Virus record (IMG/VR): IMGVR_UViG_3300012039_000002
Span: 99,356 to 163,355 of that record
Origin: a virus
Reading direction: 5' to 3' (one strand)
Length of the DNA: 64,000 nucleotides
Under the pieces are notes generated by a model. It was not told the DNA's origin and did no database searches. It saw nothing but the letters and a program-made list of their open reading frames with translations. The position numbers and the translations under genes are program-made. Below are positions 55,615 to 62,841 of the stretch, piece after piece (position 1 is the first letter of the stretch; every line of letters starts with the position of its first letter).

Positions 55615-55950
55615 ATGAATATCAGCGAGATCGATGTGGCACTGACGAACCACTACCGGACCTTCAAGGCGGAGAACGGTGGCAAGAAGACCAGTGCGGA
55701 TGGGAAGTACGGGGTGAAGACCCTCCGGTACTTCGTCAAGGAGGCTGATGCCACGGTGCACGGCCCCTTCCTGGGGCGCGGCAAAGCGCTCAACACCTTC
55801 CGGACCCAGATCAAGGCGGCCCAGAAGCCGGTGCTCGGTGTGACCTTCGCGGTCGAGGAGATCTTCAAGCCCAAGGCGAAGGGCGCCGAGGTAGAGATCC
55901 GTGGCGTGTCTGCCTTCACCGTGACCGCCAAGGAAGCCGTGACCGCCTAA
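55615..55950 (+). CDS. basic hypothetical protein with strongly GC3-biased codons
   Basis: GGAGG RBS. Confidence 0.7.
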   Translation: MNISEIDVALTNHYRTFKAENGGKKTSADGKYGVKTLRYFVKEADATVHGPFLGRGKALNTFRTQIKAAQKPVLGVTFAVEEIFKPKAKGAEVEIRGVSAFTVTAKEAVTA

Positions 55951-55951
55951 C

Positions 55952-56323
55952 TTGGCCCGGCGTACTAAAGATGAGCTGAGGGCGTCCAACTACTACGAGT
56001 GGTTGCAGGTAAAAGATGCCCTCAAAGCCAAAAAGAAAGCTGGCTTCAAGCTCACGGCGGAAGAAAAAGAACTGGTAAGGCTGGACCCCACTCCGGATAA
56101 ACCATATCTCGGTACACGGGGTCCGGCTGAATCAGTCAAGAGGGATGTAAAGCGTGGTACGATACCGACTAAAGATGCTGACATGCCTATAGTGGGTGGT
56201 AGCTTTGTTTGTCCACTTCATGGAGGGCCACATACGGATGAAAACTGTATGCTCTTTTGTGATGAGGAGCGCTGTCCATTCTATGGCAAAGGGTACATGA
56301 GGAGTAAAGGAATTAAATTCTGA
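55952..56323 (+). CDS. hypothetical protein with Cys-rich C-terminus
   Basis: CPLH..C..C..CP. Confidence 0.55.
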   Translation: MARRTKDELRASNYYEWLQVKDALKAKKKAGFKLTAEEKELVRLDPTPDKPYLGTRGPAESVKRDVKRGTIPTKDADMPIVGGSFVCPLHGGPHTDENCMLFCDEERCPFYGKGYMRSKGIKF

Positions 56324-56328
56324 ACTGA

Positions 56329-56357
56329 TGTACAATCAGCAAGAAGTGGTATAAAAT
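56329..56357 (+). promoter_or_regulatory. repeated phage promoter
   Basis: TGTACA-N17-TAAAAT. Confidence 0.65.
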
Positions 56358-56413
56358 GTATTAAAGCTGGATAGGCTTTTGAAAAACTGGCAACATGCCA
56401 CGGAGGATCTAAC

Positions 56414-56635
56414 ATGGCAGTGTATGAGCATTTACGGACGTATCAGGTGGCTAACGTCACCAAGCACTCGGCGGCGCTGAGGCCCACACGTGGCCGGAAG
56501 TTCTGGATTCGGTTTCTCACCCAGGAGACTGCTACAACTCTGTTCAAGCGGCCTCTCAAGTTGGGTGATAAGGTTGTGTACAAGAGAGTGTCCAACGCGG
56601 TCACTACCTTCTACAAGCCGGTGAAGATCAAGTAA
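56414..56635 (+). CDS. small basic OB-fold-like protein
   Basis: GGAGG RBS; LKLGDKV. Confidence 0.6.
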   Translation: MAVYEHLRTYQVANVTKHSAALRPTRGRKFWIRFLTQETATTLFKRPLKLGDKVVYKRVSNAVTTFYKPVKIK

Positions 56636-56661
56636 GTCAGGCTATCTTCCCGGGTAGCCAC

Positions 56662-56706
56662 GAGGGGCTCCGACACCATCAGGTGTTATCCAGGAGCCCC
56701 TCTTTT
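56662..56706 (+). terminator. intrinsic terminator
   Basis: GAGGGGCTCC...GGAGCCCCTC followed by TTTT. Confidence 0.7.
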
Positions 56707-56732
56707 GCGAGCAGAATAAAACATCGGCAGTA

Positions 56733-56753
56733 GTCGTCCGGCCCCTCCGTGTC
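56733..56753 (-). repeat. 21-nt element copy 2
   Basis: Identical to 53321-53341. Confidence 0.85.
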
Positions 56754-56755
56754 CC

Positions 56756-56784
56756 ACTATATCACACCCGCTCAGGATTGTACA
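56756..56784 (-). promoter_or_regulatory. minus-strand copy of repeated promoter
   Basis: Reverse complement reads TGTACAATC...TGATATAGT, 17-nt spacer. Confidence 0.75.
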
Positions 56785-56808
56785 CTGTTTTGTTTGCGAA
56801 AATAGTTG

Positions 56809-56837
56809 TGTACAATCACGAGCTCGTATGATATAAT
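56809..56837 (+). promoter_or_regulatory. repeated phage promoter
   Basis: TGTACA-N17-TATAAT. Confidence 0.8.
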
Positions 56838-56864
56838 GTTCATATTAAATGCGGAGGTGAATGG

Positions 56865-57056
56865 ATGCCGAAGACGGAACTGAAGGTGAAGCTGGTTGGC
56901 ACCGATGGTAACGCCTTTGCTCTCATGGGGAAGGTGCGCCAAGCCTTACGTAGGGGCGGGCATGATGACTTGGTGGCCGAATTCACCAAGGAAGCTACCA
57001 GCGGCGACTACGACCACCTCCTGGCCACGTGCTGCGATTATGTCCACGTGAGCTAA
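56865..57056 (+). CDS. conserved small phage/mobile-element protein (DGNAF motif)
   Basis: LVGTDGNAFALMG..SGDYDHLL. Confidence 0.7.
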   Translation: MPKTELKVKLVGTDGNAFALMGKVRQALRRGGHDDLVAEFTKEATSGDYDHLLATCCDYVHVS

Positions 57057-57064
57057 ACTCACCG

Positions 57065-57109
57065 GTGGGAGGAGGGGCGTTGAGAAATCCTCTCCTCCCA
57101 CAAACTTTT
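57065..57109 (+). terminator. terminator-like hairpin
   Basis: GTGGGAGGAG...CTCCTCCCAC then AAACTTTT. Confidence 0.6.
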
Positions 57110-57111
57110 GA

Positions 57112-57140
57112 TTTACAATCCCTGTGTGGTATGATATAAT
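57112..57140 (+). promoter_or_regulatory. repeated phage promoter
   Basis: TTTACA-N17-TATAAT. Confidence 0.8.
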
Positions 57141-57166
57141 GTACTTATTAAATGGGAGGTTACAAC

Positions 57167-57343
57167 ATGGCACATTTCATATGTACCAAATGTGGTAACG
57201 AGGTCGTTACCAGAGGGGACGACCGTCCCACGCCACTTCCCTGGTCGGATGGTCACCGGTGCCAAAACTACCGGCTGGATACGGAAACGCCCGAACGTCA
57301 AGCGGAAATCATCAAGCATGTCGACGAAACGAGGGTTCTGTAA
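57167..57343 (+). CDS. small Zn-finger protein
   Basis: CTKC..HRC; GGAGG RBS. Confidence 0.6.
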   Translation: MAHFICTKCGNEVVTRGDDRPTPLPWSDGHRCQNYRLDTETPERQAEIIKHVDETRVL

Positions 57344-57594
57344 TGCCGGCCATACCGATAACTCGTGTCATCACTCACATCGACCACATTTTCATCCGGG
57401 AGGAGGAACTCCAGTTCACACTGGATATGATTGAAAATTCTCACCCTATGGACCGGAACGATGTGGCATTGGAAAAAGCAAAGGAAATAATTGACCGTGC
57501 TCACCACACCACGGCTAACAAGAAAGAAGTGGCAAAATGGATCATGACGGAATGGTTCAACATGCATAATTTCAGGGAGGTTTCACATGGATAA
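57343..57594 (+). CDS. hypothetical early protein
   Basis: TAATG coupling to the upstream stop. Confidence 0.6.
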   Translation: MPAIPITRVITHIDHIFIREEELQFTLDMIENSHPMDRNDVALEKAKEIIDRAHHTTANKKEVAKWIMTEWFNMHNFREVSHG

Positions 57595-57970
57595 GTTCTA
57601 CAAGCATCCATACCAGAATAGCTGGTCCAAACCGATGACCTTTGCTAGGCCATTTACCAAGGATGGAGAACCTACCGTGTATTGCTCCATCCTTCTTTTT
57701 CTCCATAGGGTAGGACAAGCAACTAAGGCTGAAATCCTCATCAATGGACTAGGCAGGACAGAGCCTTTCTACGACCCCAGTCCATATGGTCACAAAAATA
57801 ACCAGTTCAAAGATACCACGGCTGGTTATCTTTCTAAAATGTTCGCCAGCATGAGGCATGCTGGCTTAATTCAGTATTCAACTGGAACCAAAACTTGGTC
57901 TCTGGGTCCTCGTTACGAGGAATGGAAAAACTGGCTGAGAACTGGAAAATCGATGTACAATCCGGACTAA
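57587..57970 (+). CDS. winged-helix-like hypothetical protein
   Basis: ATKAEIL..YLSKMFASMRHAGLIQY..WSLG. Confidence 0.6.
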   Translation: MDKFYKHPYQNSWSKPMTFARPFTKDGEPTVYCSILLFLHRVGQATKAEILINGLGRTEPFYDPSPYGHKNNQFKDTTAGYLSKMFASMRHAGLIQYSTGTKTWSLGPRYEEWKNWLRTGKSMYNPD

Positions 57971-57982
57971 ATAGGATATAAT
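57954..57982 (+). promoter_or_regulatory. repeated phage promoter
   Basis: TGTACA-N17-TATAAT. Confidence 0.75.
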
Positions 57983-58008
57983 GGTCTTATCAAATGAAGG
58001 AGGACCAT

Positions 58009-58152
58009 ATGTCCAAAACGTATAGTGTAACATTCACGGTCGTCGGTCCGGAAGGCGCTGGTGATACTATCACGCCGTATCCGTTTGATGATGTTTTCGA
58101 ATCACTCGGGATGGAGATAGTCAACGTCGCGGTTGAGGAGGAAAAAGAATGA
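58009..58152 (+). CDS. small acidic protein (47 aa)
   Basis: AGGAGG before ATG; MSKTYSVTF... Confidence 0.6.
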   Translation: MSKTYSVTFTVVGPEGAGDTITPYPFDDVFESLGMEIVNVAVEEEKE

Positions 58153-58427
58153 CATCCGAAAAGTTAGGCATAATTCTGGCGGCACAGCACGCCAAATCTC
58201 CTCAAGTGGATGAGGCAGCCAAAACGTTGGCCATGAGTATATGTGATAACCTTATCCCGGAGCTTGCAACGAAACTGCGACTGGATCTAATGAAGGAGCT
58301 CGGAATTGAATTTCCGGAAGACTACCCTGAAGCTGGCGAGAAATATTACGAATTCGCAATGGCATTTGACGGCGATACAAGTCGTACGTTGTCCAGGCTG
58401 GTGAGGGATTACATAGATTCGTACTAA
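58149..58427 (+). CDS. hypothetical early protein
   Basis: ATGA coupling to the upstream stop. Confidence 0.6.
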   Translation: MTSEKLGIILAAQHAKSPQVDEAAKTLAMSICDNLIPELATKLRLDLMKELGIEFPEDYPEAGEKYYEFAMAFDGDTSRTLSRLVRDYIDSY

Positions 58428-58434
58428 ATAGTTG

Positions 58435-58463
58435 TGTACAATCAAGTGTCATTATGATAGAAT
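58435..58463 (+). promoter_or_regulatory. repeated phage promoter
   Basis: TGTACA-N17-TAGAAT. Confidence 0.75.
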
Positions 58464-58490
58464 AGTTCTATCAAATGGCGGAGGTGGTAC

Positions 58491-58976
58491 ATGAACTTGG
58501 TAATTGAGCATGGTGGGGTGGAGCCAAATGACCGTGGTTATAAGTCAGGCTACCCCAAGGCCAACAAGGGTGACAGGATTGCGACTGTCTACGTCTCTGG
58601 TGTCCGCCCCTTTGATCAAGGTGACCTGATCGGGGACTTCGCATGGAGACGTGAACACAGCGCTCCTGTGGCACCCAAGGTGATGCTGACTCTCATCGCC
58701 CCGGACTTCTACAAGAAGCACTTTGTGAAGATCCGGAAGATCAGCTACGATCGCAAGGCGGGGTGCAACTGTGGTTGCTCTCCGGGCTACAAGGTGTGGG
58801 GTGAAGTGGACATGGAAGCACGTGTGAAGGCTGGGCAGGACTACCACAGCGAAGGCTACATTGAGCCCAGGTATCACCACCTCAACTACTGGGTTTCCAC
58901 TCCTGAGCATATTCAGGAACAGAAGGAAAAGATGGAGGCCAGAACCTGCCGTGAGGCGGCATTTGGCGGGTGGTAA
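58491..58976 (+). CDS. hypothetical early protein (AGCxCGCSPG motif)
   Basis: GGAGG RBS; KAGCNCGCSPGY. Confidence 0.7.
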   Translation: MNLVIEHGGVEPNDRGYKSGYPKANKGDRIATVYVSGVRPFDQGDLIGDFAWRREHSAPVAPKVMLTLIAPDFYKKHFVKIRKISYDRKAGCNCGCSPGYKVWGEVDMEARVKAGQDYHSEGYIEPRYHHLNYWVSTPEHIQEQKEKMEARTCREAAFGGW

Positions 58977-58980
58977 AGGA

Positions 58981-59004
58981 GTGGGGCTTCGGCCCCACTT
59001 TTTT
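58981..59004 (+). terminator. intrinsic terminator
   Basis: GTGGGGC-TTCG-GCCCCAC followed by TTTTTT. Confidence 0.9.
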
Positions 59005-59005
59005 A

Positions 59006-59034
59006 TTTACAATCCCTATTCTATTTGATATAAT
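59006..59034 (+). promoter_or_regulatory. repeated phage promoter
   Basis: TTTACA-N17-TATAAT. Confidence 0.8.
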
Positions 59035-59060
59035 AGATCTATCAAATGGTGGAGGGCAAG

Positions 59061-59624
59061 ATGACCAACTTCGAATTCATGCAGGCGGCAGAGGTAGAGC
59101 TCACCACGGTGTGGAACAAGTTGCAGTCCCACTCCAACGTGACGCACCCTCGCCCCAAGCTGACCTACAACCTGAGGGGTGGGGCAGCTGGTGAGGCGGC
59201 CGGGGCACACACTATTGATCTCAACCTGGGCTTTGTGCCTCGCAATCCAGATGAGATGCTGCACCAAGTAGTAAAGCACGAGGCGGTGCACTGCTGGCTC
59301 ACAGCCATCAAGGATCCCTCCCACTACATCAGCTATGAGCAGCGCTCCTATAACTACGCTGCATATGGCCGGAGGGTGAAGAGAAGTCCCCATGGTCCCA
59401 CCTTCATGCGCTACCTGGCATTCCTCGGTGGCCGGACGGAGCGGACGCACAGCATGGACACCTCGGATGTGAAGCGCGGCTGGAAATACACTTGCTCGTG
59501 CGGAAACATCTTCATTCTCTCTACTCGGAAACACAATATCATCAGGGAATCAAAAGTGACTGGCCGGAAGACGTGGTGCCGGAAGTGCAAGGGTGAATTA
59601 ATCTACGTAGGCTACTCAGGCTGA
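59061..59624 (+). CDS. SprT-like zinc metalloprotease
   Basis: LRGGAAG, KHEAVH, PHGPTF, C-terminal YTCSC..CRKC Zn ribbon. Confidence 0.85.
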   Translation: MTNFEFMQAAEVELTTVWNKLQSHSNVTHPRPKLTYNLRGGAAGEAAGAHTIDLNLGFVPRNPDEMLHQVVKHEAVHCWLTAIKDPSHYISYEQRSYNYAAYGRRVKRSPHGPTFMRYLAFLGGRTERTHSMDTSDVKRGWKYTCSCGNIFILSTRKHNIIRESKVTGRKTWCRKCKGELIYVGYSG

Positions 59625-59633
59625 GGAGGTTAT

Positions 59634-59813
59634 ATGAAGCCCACATTTCGTGACATGTACTGCGCACTGCCGACGCTGAGGTGGAACATCTTCAACCTCA
59701 ATAAGTATGCCATCCTGGCTCTTGGACTCTTCCTGTTCGGCGCATACATCAGTGCTACTCTCATGCTTGAGTTCTATGAGTGGTTGGGAGAGGCATGGGT
59801 GTTTTTCTTCTAA
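59634..59813 (+). CDS. small membrane protein (59 aa)
   Basis: GGAGG RBS; hydrophobic segment. Confidence 0.55.
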   Translation: MKPTFRDMYCALPTLRWNIFNLNKYAILALGLFLFGAYISATLMLEFYEWLGEAWVFFF

Positions 59814-59825
59814 TGCACTAATTGG

Positions 59826-59854
59826 TGTACAATCCTCAGACTGTATGATATAGT
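59826..59854 (+). promoter_or_regulatory. repeated phage promoter
   Basis: TGTACA-N17-TATAGT. Confidence 0.8.
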
Positions 59855-59883
59855 AGTCTTATCAAATCAAGGAGGTACACAGA

Positions 59884-60855
59884 ATGGCAGCTAACATCGA
59901 AACAATGGCCTACTTCGGCTCCAAGCCTTGGCACGGCCTGGGTGTGGAGGTGCTTCAGCTGATGACTGCTGAGGAATGCCTCCAGAAGGCTGGCCTGGAC
60001 TGGACAGTGGAGAAGAGGGAACTGATGACCGTTGACGGCATCCCGGTTCCTGGCCACTACGCCACGGTGCGCACCTCGGACAACTACCCTCTGGGGGTGG
60101 TTGGAAAGATCTATTCTCCGGTGCAGAATGTGGAGGCACTGGACTTCATGGACGCTCTCACCAAGTCCGGTGAGGCCAAGTATGAGACTGCTGGCTCCCT
60201 CCAGCATGGGAAGCTGGTCTGGATCATGGCCAAGATTCCCAACGGTGGTGGTGTGGATCCGGTGGAGCCCTTTCTGCTCCTCGCCACGTCCCATGACGGC
60301 ACCTCTCCGGTGATGGCCACGGCCACAGATGTCCGGGTGGTGTGCAATAACACCCTGAATGCGGCTCTCAAGGGTGCCAAGAACAAGTTCCGGATCCGGC
60401 ACACGACCAACTGGGCTGACAAGATTGCTGAGGCTCGGAAGACCCTTTCCGGCTCCCTCCAGTACTTCGAGAAGGCTCACGCCCTGTACGACAAGATGAA
60501 GGGCGAGAAGTTCACGGATGAAAATCTTGAGAAGCTGATTCTCAAGGTCTTCAAGGGCACGGATGATGTGGAGGATCTCTCCGCTCGCCAGGTCAAGTCT
60601 TATGATGAACTGGTTGCAGACATCTTCCAGCTCTCCCGCACTGGGAAGGGTGTGGATCTCCCCGGTGTCCGTGGCACGGCCTGGGGCGCCTACAACGCCA
60701 TCACGGAATTCCTCGACCACAAGTCGGAAGTCAAGGGCCGGAAGGCCTCCTCGGAGGAGGAAGCTATCATGTCCTCAGTCTGGTTCGGCACTATCGCCGA
60801 AAAGAACCAGACGGCAATGGATGAAATCCTGGCCATTACCAAACTGGCCGCCTAA
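59884..60855 (+). CDS. DUF932 (TIGR03299-like) phage/plasmid protein
   Basis: PWHGLG, AGLDW, Y.PVQN, ETAGSL, SHDG, RVVCNNTL, GTAWGAYNA.TE. Confidence 0.9.
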   Translation: MAANIETMAYFGSKPWHGLGVEVLQLMTAEECLQKAGLDWTVEKRELMTVDGIPVPGHYATVRTSDNYPLGVVGKIYSPVQNVEALDFMDALTKSGEAKYETAGSLQHGKLVWIMAKIPNGGGVDPVEPFLLLATSHDGTSPVMATATDVRVVCNNTLNAALKGAKNKFRIRHTTNWADKIAEARKTLSGSLQYFEKAHALYDKMKGEKFTDENLEKLILKVFKGTDDVEDLSARQVKSYDELVADIFQLSRTGKGVDLPGVRGTAWGAYNAITEFLDHKSEVKGRKASSEEEAIMSSVWFGTIAEKNQTAMDEILAITKLAA

Positions 60856-60874
60856 CAAGGTGCCTCCAGCAGGG

Positions 60875-60902
60875 GAGGGAGGGCTTCGGCCCTCCCTCTT
60901 TT
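60875..60902 (+). terminator. intrinsic terminator
   Basis: GAGGGAGGGC-TTCG-GCCCTCCCTC followed by TTTT. Confidence 0.9.
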
Positions 60903-60905
60903 GTA

Positions 60906-60934
60906 TGTACAATCCTTGCCCTGTGTGATACAAT
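60906..60934 (+). promoter_or_regulatory. repeated phage promoter
   Basis: TGTACA-N17-TACAAT. Confidence 0.8.
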
Positions 60935-60959
60935 AGTCTTATTAAATGGGAGGTTCTAC

Positions 60960-61322
60960 ATGAAAATCTGGCTGGACGACATACGCCCTGAGCCCTTCCC
61001 TCTCAGGGACCATAGAGAAAGCTATCCCTTCGATCGCTATGCTCCCTATGATGTAGTCTGTGTCAATGCGGAGCAGGCGATAGCACTCATTAACCTGGGC
61101 CAAGTGACATTCATCAGCTTTGATCATGACCTGGGTCAGGGCAAAACAGGCTATGATGTGGCCAAGCACATAGAAGAGGGTGCAGTAACAGGAACTATTA
61201 CTACTCCCATCTACTACAAGTGCCACTCGGCTAACCCAGTGGGAAAAGAGAATATCTGCGCTGCAATGGACAATGCGTGGAGGCACTGGGCTGAAAAAAG
61301 CGTTGTACAATTCATGAACTAG
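60960..61322 (+). CDS. cyclic-phosphate-processing receiver (cREC)-like domain protein
   Basis: IWLDDIR, ISFDHDLG, TGYDVA, HSANPVG. Confidence 0.8.
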   Translation: MKIWLDDIRPEPFPLRDHRESYPFDRYAPYDVVCVNAEQAIALINLGQVTFISFDHDLGQGKTGYDVAKHIEEGAVTGTITTPIYYKCHSANPVGKENICAAMDNAWRHWAEKSVVQFMN

Positions 61323-61332
61323 GTGATATAAT
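61304..61332 (+). promoter_or_regulatory. repeated phage promoter
   Basis: TGTACA-N17-TATAAT. Confidence 0.8.
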
Positions 61333-61356
61333 AGTCTTATCAAATGGAGGTGCTAC

Positions 61357-61494
61357 ATGCCCACTCTTGAAGAGATGCACATTGATGAGATGATGGCACG
61401 CTCCCTCGACATCGAGTATACTGAGGCTGAACTAGCCGAGATGGAAGCGGAATACGCTCGCAACATCGGCTACGACTCCGACTTCGGCGAATAA
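61357..61494 (+). CDS. 45-aa highly acidic peptide
   Basis: GGAGG before ATG; MPTLEEMHIDE... Confidence 0.65.
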   Translation: MPTLEEMHIDEMMARSLDIEYTEAELAEMEAEYARNIGYDSDFGE

Positions 61495-61495
61495 T

Positions 61496-61615
61496 ATGTG
61501 GAGTGATCCAATACTCTTCTGGTCCTGTGTGGTGTGGTGGGGAGTGCTTCTCTTCCTAGCTGTCCAGCAGGTCCGTAGACGCAGGCGGGAGAAGCGGCAG
61601 GCCGAAACGGAATAA
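61496..61615 (+). CDS. 39-aa single-TM peptide
   Basis: MWSDPILFW...RRRRREKR. Confidence 0.5.
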   Translation: MWSDPILFWSCVVWWGVLLFLAVQQVRRRRREKRQAETE

Positions 61616-61736
61616 TCGGGCCCAGCCTTGCCGCCTCTCGAACACCAGATACTCGGCGCTCCCCTCGGGCTACCGCGCTCGGTCGCAATGCTGGTGTAAC
61701 GGCTACCTGAAAACGTAAGGGTAGCCATAATATTTG

Positions 61737-61765
61737 TGTACAATCCCTGTTTGGTGTGATATAGT
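61737..61765 (+). promoter_or_regulatory. repeated phage promoter
   Basis: TGTACA-N17-TATAGT. Confidence 0.8.
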
Positions 61766-61791
61766 AGTCTCATCAAATGCGGAGGTGCCAC

Positions 61792-61929
61792 ATGGAAGAC
61801 TATGAGCCGGACATTGATGAGTGCTACGAGATAGAGTCCGCCCTTGGCTCTGCCGGTATGGGTACGGATGAGTACTACCGGCCCGACATGGACATCGACT
61901 CCCTTCTCCCTAATGAGGAGGTTGAGTGA
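61792..61929 (+). CDS. 45-aa highly acidic peptide
   Basis: GGAGG before ATG; MEDYEPDIDE... Confidence 0.65.
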   Translation: MEDYEPDIDECYEIESALGSAGMGTDEYYRPDMDIDSLLPNEEVE

Positions 61930-62033
61930 TGTGGGGTGATACGGCTGCCCTGGTAGTGATAGTCGCACTGTGGGCGCTCTTCTTCGCAGGGTGCTACACG
62001 GTGCATAGAGCTAAAAAGAGCGGTAAATATTGA
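61929..62033 (+). CDS. 34-aa single-TM peptide
   Basis: MWGDTAALVVIVALW...; GGAGG upstream. Confidence 0.55.
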   Translation: MWGDTAALVVIVALWALFFAGCYTVHRAKKSGKY

Positions 62034-62062
62034 TGTACAATCACCGGACTATTTGATATAAT
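62034..62062 (+). promoter_or_regulatory. repeated phage promoter
   Basis: TGTACA-N17-TATAAT. Confidence 0.8.
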
Positions 62063-62088
62063 GTATCTATCAAATGGAGGTGCTACCC

Positions 62089-62223
62089 ATGAAGAAGTTC
62101 TTCGGCTATGTGCTCAGCTTCAATGACAACCGGTGGTACTGCTTTGAGTGCAAGCGCTTCCAGCCTCGCCAGGTGAAGTTCTGTGTCTACTGCGGCTCCC
62201 AGGAGGTTGACAATGTCGCTTAA
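62089..62223 (+). CDS. 44-aa Zn-ribbon peptide
   Basis: CFEC..CVYC; GGAGG RBS. Confidence 0.6.
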   Translation: MKKFFGYVLSFNDNRWYCFECKRFQPRQVKFCVYCGSQEVDNVA

Positions 62224-62425
62224 GCTGGAGGACAGGGTGTTCGCCCTCAACAAGTCCCAGGTCTCCAAGCTGGTGAGGACTGGCAAGCTTCCCCTCAGCT
62301 TCCTTGGCGGCAAGTCTATTGTCCGCATCGTCCTCCCTGAGGATCTCTCGGAGAACGTGGTGGTTGTGGATGATGCCGGCGGTCACCTCGGCTACATCTC
62401 TGTCAAGGAGGCGTGGGCGCTGTGA
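62213..62425 (+). CDS. hypothetical early protein
   Basis: GGAGG before ATG 62213. Confidence 0.6.
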   Translation: MSLKLEDRVFALNKSQVSKLVRTGKLPLSFLGGKSIVRIVLPEDLSENVVVVDDAGGHLGYISVKEAWAL

Positions 62426-62586
62426 AAAAGAAGCTTGATGATCCTGTCATCCTTGTCTATGAGCGCTGGGATAGAGAGGTGGGCTGGACTACTCACGAAA
62501 GATGTTGCTCTCGCATTCTTGCCGAAACTAGGCTTAAAAACTCTACTATGACCCGTCACTATCTAGAAATAAGGGAGATGGACTGA
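62422..62586 (+). CDS. hypothetical protein (54 aa)
   Basis: GGAGG RBS and GTGA coupling. Confidence 0.5.
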   Translation: MKKKLDDPVILVYERWDREVGWTTHERCCSRILAETRLKNSTMTRHYLEIREMD

Positions 62587-62594
62587 AATAGAGG

Positions 62595-62623
62595 TGTACA
62601 ATCCACTCTTCAGTTGATATAAT
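62595..62623 (+). promoter_or_regulatory. repeated phage promoter
   Basis: TGTACA-N17-TATAAT. Confidence 0.8.
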
Positions 62624-62652
62624 AGACTCATCAAATGGAGGTGCTACTCTAC

Positions 62653-62841
62653 ATGGGCTATGTGGTCAAGGTAGAAGCCAAGAATGGTGAGGTCCGGTTT
62701 GCTGACCGGAAGGGCTCTGGCTCCAAGAATGCTAATGATGCCCAGATCTTCTACAGCTACCTTCAGGCTACTGAGGTGAGAGACACTATCCAGAAGTGTG
62801 TGGGTGACAAGGCCCATGCTTACCTTGTAGTGCTGCCATAG
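62653..62841 (+). CDS. hypothetical early protein
   Basis: GGAGG upstream. Confidence 0.6.
   Translation: MGYVVKVEAKNGEVRFADRKGSGSKNANDAQIFYSYLQATEVRDTIQKCVGDKAHAYLVVLP

Noticed and set aside
59836-60720. 294-aa minus-strand ORF (also 55522-55989 and 59016-59534)
   Set aside because: Antisense shadows of GC3-rich genes with clear plus-strand identity.
61432-61968. 178-aa minus-strand ORF
   Set aside because: Runs across a plus-strand promoter and several small RBS-supported plus-strand genes.
53496-62623. CRISPR array or attC integron interpretation of the recurring motif
   Set aside because: Copies are degenerate, hundreds of nt apart, have -35/-10 geometry and precede RBSs; no cas or integrase gene in the window.
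54056-62652. ORF-track starts at the ATG within AT(C/T)AAATGG (54056, 57152, 59046, 62635)
   Set aside because: That ATG is part of the conserved leader upstream of GGAGG, so the downstream ATGs were preferred. Leaderless initiation cannot be fully excluded.
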